Shown one piece after another: positions 9,841 to 18,833 of a stretch of 64,000 nucleotides of DNA (its first letter is position 1; every line of letters starts with the position of its first letter). Position numbers and translations under genes: made by a program. Source of the DNA: an uncultured Candidatus Saccharibacteria bacterium (GTDB taxonomy: Bacteria; Patescibacteriota; Minisyncoccia; Phycocordibacterales; CSBR16-119); NCBI GenBank assembly GCA_964426385.1, contig CAYRQF010000001.1, positions 21,712 through 85,711 on the forward strand, given 5' to 3'. The notes below the pieces were generated by a model, which saw nothing but the letters and a program-made list of their open reading frames with translations, ran no database searches and had not been told where the DNA came from.

Positions 9841-9874
9841 CAAAAAGTCTTGGAAGTATTTCCAAGACTTTTTG
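9841..9874. terminator. Perfect 15-bp hairpin
   Basis: caaaaagtcttggaa-gtat-ttccaagactttttg. Confidence 0.7.
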
Positions 9875-9890
9875 TTATTGAACTAATATG

Positions 9891-9914
9891 AAAAAGCCGG
9901 CTGGTGGGCCGGCT
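9891..9914 (-). terminator. Terminator of the LpxC-like cassette
   Basis: Minus strand reads agccggc-ccacca-gccggct followed by a T run. Confidence 0.7.
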
Positions 9915-9933
9915 GTTCCAAAAGGTTCAATTT

Positions 9934-10731
9934 TCACCTCGCACAATTCTTGATGGCGAGGAAGTCTGGCTTGTGGCCGGACCGTACGCTGAGCAGGTGC
10001 CCCGCTGGCAACTCGGTGTGGTAGAGGAGGCTCATCGCCCCAAGCATGTCGCACAGGCGATGGCTGGCAGCATTCTGTAGCCAGAGATCGTGCGGCTCGA
10101 GATGAGGCCACGATACACGATGGTCGTGCTTCCAGATCCCAAGCAGTCTCAGAGCTGGAGCCATACTGCTCCACAATTTTCCGTACGCGGGGGCATAAGC
10201 TTTGAGATGACCTACCAACGCTACAGGATCTCCAGAGTTCCACGATAGCGAGTTCTCGCCGATGCCAGGATAGTCGATAGACACATCCACTCGGAGTTCC
10301 GTATCAGACCACCCTTGAGAGATCTCTGTCCGCGCCATCCCCGAAACCCCGGAAGTCTCGAACCTCCTGATGGCGAAGGGGATGAGACCGTCAATCCGAG
10401 TTTTGCTCTCTATTAATTCCCAGAGTTCGTAGGGTCTGCCGTGATATGGTGGCCAGCCGCTAGGGCAGTGGATCGTTACATTGTCTAGCCCGAGCCAACG
10501 CAAGACTCCGATATGCTCGTATACATTCAGTTGCTCGCCGTCTTCGTTCTGGAGCAGTAGACGCTTGAATCGATGTTGAAGTAATCGGTGATCTATAGGC
10601 AGTACTTCATCGGCGGTCTGCCACCACCAGCCTCGCTCAGCCATCGGTGTGAAGGTGATGGTCGAGGGGTGTCCCCAATAGTCTAGACCGGAGCAGGACA
10701 CTACGTCCGTGAGAACTTTTCTCGTGATCAT
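9934..10731 (-). CDS. LpxC-like zinc deacetylase (divergent UDP-3-O-acyl-GlcNAc deacetylase homologue)
   Basis: VSCSGLDYWG...ITFTP N-terminus, VYEH...LGLDNVTI (cf. TVEHLLAALxGLGIDN), HRLCDMLG (cf. HKxLDxIGD) and RSGH (cf. KSGH). Start moved to ATG 10731. Confidence 0.72.
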   Translation of the reverse strand: MITRKVLTDVVSCSGLDYWGHPSTITFTPMAERGWWWQTADEVLPIDHRLLQHRFKRLLLQNEDGEQLNVYEHIGVLRWLGLDNVTIHCPSGWPPYHGRPYELWELIESKTRIDGLIPFAIRRFETSGVSGMARTEISQGWSDTELRVDVSIDYPGIGENSLSWNSGDPVALVGHLKAYAPAYGKLWSSMAPALRLLGIWKHDHRVSWPHLEPHDLWLQNAASHRLCDMLGAMSLLYHTELPAGHLLSVRSGHKPDFLAIKNCAR

Positions 10732-10783
10732 TTCGTCGGATTTTGTAACCCTGCTTCGGCACAATGCCTCAGCTTCTGCGGAT

Positions 10784-10812
10784 AGTCTATGGGAAGTCGT
10801 TTAAAAGGTCAA
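10784..10812 (-). promoter_or_regulatory. sigma70 promoter of the LpxC-like cassette
   Basis: TTGACC-N17-TAGACT on the minus strand. Confidence 0.65.
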
Positions 10813-10940
10813 TAAAAGCAAGAACACCTCAGATTTTCCGAGGTATTCTGTGTTGCGCCCAAACGATTTTTCAGGAAACGTCAACGGGCTTATTGACTTT
10901 TTATTCGCTTTATCACAATATTCGGATAGATCTTTCTGAT

Positions 10941-11228
10941 ATGGAAACCTACGAAGTACCAGCTGCGACGGCAGCGACGCAACAGCGCTTTGAGCGTATG
11001 AAGCGTAGACTCCGGGGTCTGTATGAGCAAGGAAGTGTTTCGGTTTCATTAGTGCAAAGGAGGATGCAAACCCTCTGTATGCCTGACGCAAGTCCAGTAC
11101 TGTCCGAGCTTACCCTCGGGACGTTCGTCAGTTTGTCCACCGGCAGAGCACACCCGTCTCTGCGATCAAAGCTATTGGTCCGTACACTTACCCTGTACAG
11201 ACTTCTTCACGCGGCTAGACTCGCGTGA
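10941..11228 (+). CDS. Hypothetical basic protein (95 aa, cassette gene)
   Basis: ATG 10941 (METYEVPAA...), TTGACT at 10893, and terminator aaggcctcac-act-gtgaggcctt at about 11246-11270. Confidence 0.55.
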   Translation: METYEVPAATAATQQRFERMKRRLRGLYEQGSVSVSLVQRRMQTLCMPDASPVLSELTLGTFVSLSTGRAHPSLRSKLLVRTLTLYRLLHAARLA

Positions 11229-11282
11229 CACCCCCTACATGGGAAAAGGCCTCACACTGTGAGGCCTTTTCTTCTGTCAGTT

Positions 11283-14200
11283 TTATATGGGGACTCCGCT
11301 CGAGTTTATATTTATCGGAAGCTCGCACGTGTAGATCATGTTCCAGTCTTTTCGACGTTCGTAGCTTTTGAGCGCAGTAAGCAGGGAGGCCGTACATGTT
11401 CTCTGAATACTATTACCGTTGATGTTGAGTGTGATCGGCTGAGAGAAATTCACCATATTCGGATGGAGCCAGACAGATAGGTTCGTGACATTGTTCGTTG
11501 TAACATTCACCGTGTTCCCGGTGATGGTCGCTTCAGCTTTTCCGGCCTGAAGATTGACTGTGTCTACTGCGAGACTCCAATTATTAAAGTTTGTCTGACT
11601 TGAACAGCCGCCGTCGCCCTGAGGTGTTGCACGATTGTAGGCGATCGTACCTGTGCCGTACGAGTTGATAGATAGCCACATTGTGTGTGGGCTCGGATCC
11701 TCGTTCCAGACAGCATTCCAATTACCGCCAACATTATAAGTTCTCCATGGGTTGATGGCGATGACATGATTGCGATATGGATTTCTGGAGTAGCTGTTAA
11801 CTGTACCCGTTTGGCCATTTAGGAAATTCCTCCAAGCCACTGCGCCAGGCTCTGTGGCTGTCGTCGAGGTATCGAAACCGTGTCCCGGGACCATTGGATA
11901 TTCTATAAGGCTGTCATTTGGATTGTTGGAGCCTATTAGCTGATGAGCTTGTCGTGCGAATTCTACAGCGGTCATGTGATTGCGGCACTCCATTTCTGGA
12001 TCAGCGTCGGTATTTTGATAGTAGGCGTCATTAGTTCCGTGAATAGTATGAATAGGTAGGTCGGTGAGAGACGCCCATGAGCCAAGTGACCAGGCTCCGC
12101 CATTGGCCATTACTGCCGAGAGTCTGTCATTCAAGCGATGTGCCATATGATACGATCCGATACCTCCCATAGATGTGCCGGTCACAACTATTTTGTTGTA
12201 ATCGATATTATATCGTGATGCGATCTCGGTAATGATGTCGATAAGGTAATCGTCTGCCGACGGTACGTCCCAGCGCGCAGGGTGAGTGAACATGTTTGCA
12301 TTGGTCTGGTATCCAGGAAGCATTGTACCGAACGGGGCGATAGGTGCCACGGCGATATAGTTTGAGTTATCGCTGTTCCTGCGGATAACAGATCTACCGG
12401 TCAGAGTCTCATCGTCGAGAACCCATTCGGTTATGTAACTATCGTTGGGGTCAGAAGTCCCTGGATAGTCGAGCTCTATAGGGTCAAATGATCCGCCCCA
12501 ATGTAGGAAAAACATAAGCCCGACCGGAGTATTCGGGCTGTAGTTCGGCGGAACTACCATATTGAACTCAGGTCTGTATGATTCTGTGGCAGGAGTAGCT
12601 GGGTCGTTCCATGCTGGGTATTTTGATACTAATGCAGGGAGAGTGAACTGTTGGTTGAACACTTCACCGGTTGGTTGCGCCACATAGTCATTGGGTTGGA
12701 CTTGGTCTATAACGCTATCGATAGAAGTGTTCCAGGCGGCGAGGTTCGGCTCGAGAGCTGTACGCGCTGCTCCTGATGCTGCGAGCCACTGCTCGGCTTG
12801 TGCGACTATCTCACTCTGCGATTGACCACTTCCGGCGGTAGCCCCACAGAGACCATTTATCGTTGCGGTGACGTCGATGATTTTATCCGAAGCGTAGCCG
12901 GCGGCGGTCATAGCGTTTATGATTCGTTGATTCATCGGCCATGGCCAGAGATCTTCATTGGTGAGCACGCCATCGACGTAGCGCTTCATGACAGTCGCGC
13001 CACCAGTAATACCTAGATTGTTCACAACGTTACCGCCGTTCGCAATGATGCTCGAGCAACTCGACGTGTTGTAGTTGTTCGATGTTGACCATTGGTTGTT
13101 GATACTCGTTCCACCGGTGCTCACGAAAGTGTTGTTCGTCGCTGAGTTGAAACCAGCTCCGCCGATATCACCGAGATATGGGTTACGGATATTGGTGTGG
13201 GATCCGGGCTCGATCACTCCTACACTATTCTCGAGTTGCACCCCTTTGATCTCTAGTGCAAACGGTCCAGCCCAGTCACGTGATGGGGTAGGGACATTGT
13301 GGAAACGTTGATCAGGTTTGAGATATGCGATAGAGCCTAGTATGCGAATATTTGCATTATCAGGATTGCCTTGCGCAAGGAAGGATGAATCAAATCCGTC
13401 GTGTCCAAATATTCCACTCGGCTGTTGGACGGTGTAGTTCGAGAAACTTTGCGTTGGGCTGACCTGTGTGCCGTTGTATTCGAGGAGGTTGTACGTAGCA
13501 GGCATACCGAGCGAATCCCATGTTCCGATACAGTTCTCACAGAGCGCGCCGTAACTGTTGTAGGACAAGGCAAATGCCTTTTTCGGTCCAGACATTTTCG
13601 AACCTTCCCATCGGGCGAACGCTCGACGGAACGTCGTATTGTCGCCCTCCTGAGAGTTACTAAAAGTTTTACGTGCACCTGCACCAAATCCGGCAACGTC
13701 TTCGAGTAGGTTGTTGTCACCGTGATGAACGCCGAAGATGTTGTTGTCGCCAGTATTCATCGGAGCCTTCCAGGCTACGACTCTGCGGATGATGTTGTTC
13801 GAAGAATAACCTAGAGATACGACACTTCCGCTAGAATCATAAGCGTCGAATCCTTCGAGGACGAACCAGTTGTTGTAACTGAGGTTTACAGGTTTGTTCG
13901 AACCTTGGCCATTAATTTTTACTGCACCGTCGTTCATCGCTCTCACGGTTATCGGACTTCCTGCGGTCCCGGATAGATTGTCCGGAGGGTCGATCATACT
14001 ATTCGCGCCTGTATACATACCATCTAGAAGTATGAGTGTCGCCCCTGGTCCAGCTACACTCCAAAAGTCATTTATTTTGAATGGGGAACTGATACTGAGT
14101 CCATTGCCAGTACCGGTCGGCGAAGCGTAGTAAGTTATCCCAGTTGTCCCGGTTGGTAGTTGCTCTACTACTATATTGTTCGGGGTTTGACCACCTACTG

Positions 14201-15362
14201 ATACGAGTATCGGGTCACGATCATTCCCAGACCCAGTGTATTTTACTGTGCCATTCATATTCACATCTGCTCCCGAATAGGTATTTATAATTTGATTATT
14301 TGGCGTCGAGCCTCCTACCGCAGTGAGTATGACGTCTCTGTCGTTGCCAACGCCTGCGTACTTAACCTCTCCATTACCGTTGACATCTCCAGGCCACAAA
14401 ACACGAACCCCACCTACAACTTTCGCGGCATTGGTCCCATATAGTGGAGCAGTAGATAGGTCTACCACAGAAGCTATGCTGACTGCGTTCGCGGTCATAA
14501 CAGCGAGGTGGTTTCTGTGGTGAACGGCGACATAGTAGGTTCCAGGAGTAAACGTCCCGAGTATCGGCGTTATACCATCGGTTGACATAACATCTCCATC
14601 AGCCTCTACTAGAGCCGGTTTGGATGCGACTATTGTCGCGGGGTTCGCAGAATTTCGTAACTCAACGACGATCCAGTCAACTATGGCATCATCACCGGTA
14701 GGATTTAGAACAGAACTCGATATAGTGCTTCCGGCACCACTAGTTAGAGTGTGGCCAAGGGCAGTATAGGGCTCTGTTAGAGGTATCAGGTTCGAATCAT
14801 TGAGTCCTGTGGACATTCTGTTCGTGGCCTGAATATATGGTCCCCCTAGAAAGACCCGGAGATTGTTGGTCGGGTTGTCCGGGCTTCTGCTCAAGCTATC
14901 ATCGGTAATATTGAATCGGTAGGTTACAGGTGGTCCGTCAACTCCAGTCGCTCTAGGGCCGGTGAATGCTCTAACAATGAGGTTATATTCACCTACTACC
15001 ATACTCGGACCGTAGAAGTTACCATTACTATCATCACGATATATGGCGTACGGAGCTTTGCTGTCTGACCTCTTCTTGCCGTTGATTTCAAACATAACAC
15101 TCCCTACTTCTTCTGGATCGGTCACAGCCTGAAAAGTAATCTTTTTGTTACCAGAGATATCGATAATAGCTCCATCAGCAAGTTCACCAATAGATAGCTC
15201 AGTTTCAGTATCGATAATAAGAACACTCTGTATCAGCTCATCAGAAACGATGGAGTCAGAGATACTAGCTGTAAATCTCTGATTCGAACTACTGCGCATC
15301 ACCGAGGCCGAGGATGCTAGTACAGCAACAACCGCGACCAAAAAGAGAACTTTTTGTTTCAT
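11283..15362 (-). CDS. Large secreted/surface multidomain protein: Ig-like module, dockerin-like repeat domain ending EQLP, parallel beta-helix (polysaccharide-lyase-like) and alpha/beta-hydrolase
   Basis: Signal peptide MKQKVLFLVAVVAVLASSAS; paired DVNxNGxVKYxGxGNDRD repeats; YYASPTGTGNG...PGATLILLDGMY beta-helix start; nucleophile elbow GTSMGG, HGTND and PGHG. Confidence 0.8.
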   Translation of the reverse strand: MKQKVLFLVAVVAVLASSASVMRSSSNQRFTASISDSIVSDELIQSVLIIDTETELSIGELADGAIIDISGNKKITFQAVTDPEEVGSVMFEINGKKRSDSKAPYAIYRDDSNGNFYGPSMVVGEYNLIVRAFTGPRATGVDGPPVTYRFNITDDSLSRSPDNPTNNLRVFLGGPYIQATNRMSTGLNDSNLIPLTEPYTALGHTLTSGAGSTISSSVLNPTGDDAIVDWIVVELRNSANPATIVASKPALVEADGDVMSTDGITPILGTFTPGTYYVAVHHRNHLAVMTANAVSIASVVDLSTAPLYGTNAAKVVGGVRVLWPGDVNGNGEVKYAGVGNDRDVILTAVGGSTPNNQIINTYSGADVNMNGTVKYTGSGNDRDPILVSVGGQTPNNIVVEQLPTGTTGITYYASPTGTGNGLSISSPFKINDFWSVAGPGATLILLDGMYTGANSMIDPPDNLSGTAGSPITVRAMNDGAVKINGQGSNKPVNLSYNNWFVLEGFDAYDSSGSVVSLGYSSNNIIRRVVAWKAPMNTGDNNIFGVHHGDNNLLEDVAGFGAGARKTFSNSQEGDNTTFRRAFARWEGSKMSGPKKAFALSYNSYGALCENCIGTWDSLGMPATYNLLEYNGTQVSPTQSFSNYTVQQPSGIFGHDGFDSSFLAQGNPDNANIRILGSIAYLKPDQRFHNVPTPSRDWAGPFALEIKGVQLENSVGVIEPGSHTNIRNPYLGDIGGAGFNSATNNTFVSTGGTSINNQWSTSNNYNTSSCSSIIANGGNVVNNLGITGGATVMKRYVDGVLTNEDLWPWPMNQRIINAMTAAGYASDKIIDVTATINGLCGATAGSGQSQSEIVAQAEQWLAASGAARTALEPNLAAWNTSIDSVIDQVQPNDYVAQPTGEVFNQQFTLPALVSKYPAWNDPATPATESYRPEFNMVVPPNYSPNTPVGLMFFLHWGGSFDPIELDYPGTSDPNDSYITEWVLDDETLTGRSVIRRNSDNSNYIAVAPIAPFGTMLPGYQTNANMFTHPARWDVPSADDYLIDIITEIASRYNIDYNKIVVTGTSMGGIGSYHMAHRLNDRLSAVMANGGAWSLGSWASLTDLPIHTIHGTNDAYYQNTDADPEMECRNHMTAVEFARQAHQLIGSNNPNDSLIEYPMVPGHGFDTSTTATEPGAVAWRNFLNGQTGTVNSYSRNPYRNHVIAINPWRTYNVGGNWNAVWNEDPSPHTMWLSINSYGTGTIAYNRATPQGDGGCSSQTNFNNWSLAVDTVNLQAGKAEATITGNTVNVTTNNVTNLSVWLHPNMVNFSQPITLNINGNSIQRTCTASLLTALKSYERRKDWNMIYTCELPININSSGVPI

Positions 15363-15485
15363 AAAAATACTAGGACTTTGCAAAGCTGTTAATAGCCTAA
15401 TTATATGTCATTACGGCTCGTATAAATACGGATTTTGGGGGTGAGTGTGAACAACTAGACGGGTAGGCCGGGCGGTTAAGTTTAG

Positions 15486-15617
15486 TTGACAGTCAGATAA
15501 ATAGACGTTGTAAAACGGCCTGACGCTCCAACCAACTCAGGCATTTTACTTTGATTTCTGCCATACGTTTTAATACACTCCCACAAACCAAGGCTTGTGG
15601 GGGTGTATTCTTTTTCT
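15486..15617 (+). ncRNA. Possible small RNA or ORF-less cassette
   Basis: TTGACA at 15486 with a weak -10, hairpin gcctga-cgctccaaccaac-tcaggc, and a strong terminator aatacactcccacaa...ttgtgggggtgtatt-ctttttc; no ORF. Confidence 0.3.
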
Positions 15618-15658
15618 GGATGTTATAGTGTACCCATTAGAAAGTTATTCCGACATAA

Positions 15659-16504
15659 ATGAATCTACGCGAAATAATCAGTATCTCTAGGCCACGCTTT
15701 TGGCTATATGAAATGGGGACATACTTTATCGGTGTACTTGTGGCGACACAATTCCTCGAGGACTTTTTACTACCAGACATCCTAATCTTCGGATTTTTCT
15801 TCTTGATACCGGCGAATATTCTGATTTACGGTATTAACGATATTTTTGACTATGAGACAGATCGGCTCAATCCGAAAAAGGTAGAATACGAAGCTCTCCT
15901 CGTCCCCGACAAGCACAGAGCAGTTTGGGTATGGATTCTCGCGACGAATATTCCATTCCTCGTTTACGCATTTACGATAAACGCGAAAACAGGATTATAC
16001 CTTCTCGTATTTTATTTCTTCGCGAGTTTTTATTCTGCGACACCTATCAGGGCGAAAATCCGGCCCTTACTAGATTCACTCTTTTCTGCCGGTCACTATA
16101 TCTTTACCGGGGTATTCGGCTACTTCCTCGCGGGTGGGGAGGGGTTTCCTCTAGTCGGTGTTGTCGCAGGTATGCTATGGGCGATGGCGATGCACGCATA
16201 CTCGGCTGTGCCTGATATTAAGGCAGATACCGATGCTGGTTTCAAAACTATAGCCACATGGCTAGGTAGAAATAAAACTATCGTTATGTGTCTCGTTTTC
16301 TATATTGCCTCTGCGGTGCTTTTCTCTACACTCATCGGAGTGTTTCCACTCATTGCAGTCCTAGCCTATGTATTCCTCATGATGAAGTCTTTGAGGACAA
16401 CGGACGATAATAGGTTATTTCAAATCTATACTTATTTCCCATGGGTGAACTTCATCACACCGATGGTGTGGTCAATAATTTACATGGTAACGAAGTTCGG
16501 TTGA
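15659..16504 (+). CDS. UbiA-family prenyltransferase, lycopene elongase (CrtEb/LyeJ) type
   Basis: SRPRFWLY, YGINDIFDYETDRLNPKK and AVPDIKAD motifs; adjacent to crtI/crtB/crtE. Confidence 0.8.
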   Translation: MNLREIISISRPRFWLYEMGTYFIGVLVATQFLEDFLLPDILIFGFFFLIPANILIYGINDIFDYETDRLNPKKVEYEALLVPDKHRAVWVWILATNIPFLVYAFTINAKTGLYLLVFYFFASFYSATPIRAKIRPLLDSLFSAGHYIFTGVFGYFLAGGEGFPLVGVVAGMLWAMAMHAYSAVPDIKADTDAGFKTIATWLGRNKTIVMCLVFYIASAVLFSTLIGVFPLIAVLAYVFLMMKSLRTTDDNRLFQIYTYFPWVNFITPMVWSIIYMVTKFG

Positions 16505-16506
16505 GG

Positions 16507-18021
16507 CTAGAGCTCTTTTAGGGGGTTAGGGTGTTTTATACCTTCGATACGCTTATAGGCGAGCTCAGATGATATGAGGCATATCGGCATACCGATACCT
16601 GGGTTCGTGCCAGCGCCTACATAGTAAAGATTTTCGACGCGCTTACTTTTGTTGTTCGGTCTCATAAGTGTCTGCTTCAGAGTGTGAGCGAGTCCGAGAG
16701 CTGTTCCGCCGAAAGCGTTGTAGTCGGCCTTGAACTCTTCGTGAGTATACATCGATTCGTATTCGATGATGTCTTCCAAGTCCGGAATATCTAAATCTTT
16801 CTTCATCATATTTATCACCCTGTCACGGTACCCTTTCTTCTCTGCTTCGGTAAAAGATAGGTGAGACGCCACAGGAACTAGTACGAACAGTGTCTCTTTG
16901 CCCTCTGGTGCCACAGAGGCATCTGATTTTGATGGACAAGATACGTAGTACGAAGGATCGTCAGGGAATTTGGGATTGTCGAAAACTTCCTCAAAATTCT
17001 TCTTCCAGTCTTTGGAGAAGCGTAGGTTGTGATGAGTGAGAGATGGGACTTTGCGTGAGAGGCCGAGGAAAAGAATAAACGCCGATGGTCCCATAACGGC
17101 TTTGTCCCAATACTTTTTCTTATACGTTCGCAGACTATCTTCTTTTATCAAATTCATCTCGGTGAAATTCATGTCAGCATTTGAAACCACAAAGTCTCCG
17201 GTCACCATCTCTCCGGTAGAGAGTTTGATTCCAGTTACTTTGCTGTCCTCAACTAATATTTCAGAAACAGGGGAGTTGGTGTGGATTTTGGCGCCATGTT
17301 TTGTAGCGATATTCTCTAGCGTCTCGATGACTTTGTAGATTCCGCCATCTGGGTAGTACACGCCCATATCAAAGTCGATAAAGTTCATCATGTTGTATAG
17401 AGCTGGGGTCTTGTCTGGTGCGCTACCGAGGAAAACCAATGTATATTCTAGGATCTTTTTTAGTCTGTCATCTTTGAACCATTTGTTCAGGTAGCTTTCC
17501 ATCGTTTGAAAAGGATTCATCCGGAGGCCCTCTTTCATGAAATCTTTCTGCAAGAAATCAAAAATGGAATCATAATTCCTGTACATGAACTTATCTTTCG
17601 CAAGCTCGTATTGCTCGCCAGAGATTTTTAGGTATTTTTTGATTTTCTCGCCAGATCCGGCCTCGAGCTTCTCAAATGTCTCCAAATCCTTTGAAAGGTC
17701 TGAATACATATCTAGCACCGGGAATTTTTCGTCGCCAGGGAAGAACACCCTATAAGAAGGAGAAAGTTTTGTAAGTTTTAAATGGCTTTTTATGTCTTCG
17801 CCTAAAAGGTTAAAGAAATCCTCAAAGACATCTGGCATCAGATACCATGATGGTCCCATGTCAAAAATGAAGCCTTTTTCTTCAAAGACGCTCGCCCGTC
17901 CTCCCACATGGGCGTTCTTTTCGTATAGGCTCACCTGGTAACCCTTTTTCCCCAGGAGGCAGGCTAGTCCGAGTCCACCTATACCTCCACCGATTATGAC
18001 TACATGTTTTTTAGGTACCAT
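16507..18021 (-). CDS. crtI: Phytoene desaturase
   Basis: GGGIGG FAD motif, FDMGPSWYLMP and YYVGAGTNPGIGMP. Confidence 0.92.
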   Translation of the reverse strand: MVPKKHVVIIGGGIGGLGLACLLGKKGYQVSLYEKNAHVGGRASVFEEKGFIFDMGPSWYLMPDVFEDFFNLLGEDIKSHLKLTKLSPSYRVFFPGDEKFPVLDMYSDLSKDLETFEKLEAGSGEKIKKYLKISGEQYELAKDKFMYRNYDSIFDFLQKDFMKEGLRMNPFQTMESYLNKWFKDDRLKKILEYTLVFLGSAPDKTPALYNMMNFIDFDMGVYYPDGGIYKVIETLENIATKHGAKIHTNSPVSEILVEDSKVTGIKLSTGEMVTGDFVVSNADMNFTEMNLIKEDSLRTYKKKYWDKAVMGPSAFILFLGLSRKVPSLTHHNLRFSKDWKKNFEEVFDNPKFPDDPSYYVSCPSKSDASVAPEGKETLFVLVPVASHLSFTEAEKKGYRDRVINMMKKDLDIPDLEDIIEYESMYTHEEFKADYNAFGGTALGLAHTLKQTLMRPNNKSKRVENLYYVGAGTNPGIGMPICLISSELAYKRIEGIKHPNPLKEL

Positions 18022-18833
18022 GCGTATGTTTTTATACTGATAAGGATTTTTTGCCAGGCGTTTGTTTTCGCTCTTTTTGTAAATACGTCGTAGTCTTGTT
18101 TCTCTATCTGGTCCAATATGGCTTCGTATAGATTGCCAGCTAGGAGGATAGGGTAACGGGCAACCGGTGGAAGTAGGTGAATTCCCAATTTTGCTTTTGA
18201 AAAAAGTTGCCGAGCTTGGTTAATTTTAAAAATAATAAATTCCTTTGGAATATTTTGTGTCTTTATGTTATCCTCACCTATCCCATAGTTGTTCATCTCG
18301 TCTAATGGTAAGTATATCCTATCTTTTGTTTCGTAGTCCTCTCCTATATCACGCAAGAAATTAGTTAACTGCATGGCCTCAGCCAGTGCTGTCGCATAGG
18401 GCACAGCCTCATCTCTAAAGTCTCCAAATATGTGCATCATCATGAGACCTACAGATGTAGCTGACCCATACATATAGCCTTGAAGCTCACTCATATCAGC
18501 ATAACTACGCTTTTTGAAATCCATCAACATGGATGACAAAAAGGCGTCATTGTATTTATGAGGAATATTAAACTTATGCCTAGTCATCAGCATGGCATTC
18601 ATCTCAGGTCGTGCTGAAACGCCGACTTTTTCAGATGCTCGCCAGTCACTTATCCATTCGGCCAGCTTCTCTTCATTTCTTTCTATATCGACAATGTCGT
18701 CGGGGATTCTGGTCCAGGCATAAAGAGCGTATGTGCCGAGACGGATATGTTGCGGGAAGAATCTTGTTGCAAAATAGTACCCTTTACCGAATTTCTGGTG
18801 GATTCTTCTGCAGTATTCGAAGTCGTCTATCAT
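18000..18833 (-). CDS. crtB: Phytoene synthase
   Basis: YAWTRIPDDIVD and MQLTNFLRDIGED...RIYLP motifs. Confidence 0.92.
   Translation of the reverse strand: MIDDFEYCRRIHQKFGKGYYFATRFFPQHIRLGTYALYAWTRIPDDIVDIERNEEKLAEWISDWRASEKVGVSARPEMNAMLMTRHKFNIPHKYNDAFLSSMLMDFKKRSYADMSELQGYMYGSATSVGLMMMHIFGDFRDEAVPYATALAEAMQLTNFLRDIGEDYETKDRIYLPLDEMNNYGIGEDNIKTQNIPKEFIIFKINQARQLFSKAKLGIHLLPPVARYPILLAGNLYEAILDQIEKQDYDVFTKRAKTNAWQKILISIKTYAWYLKNM

Noticed and set aside
8160-11280. Integrative element or prophage at tRNA-Glu with attL/attR
   Set aside because: I found no duplicated tRNA 3' end downstream, and no integrase or phage genes.
15504-15520. gacgttgtaaaacggcc resembles the M13/lacZ primer site (vector contamination)
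   Set aside because: Only about 14 nt match, followed by a 3-nt gap, with no flanking vector sequence; most likely chance.
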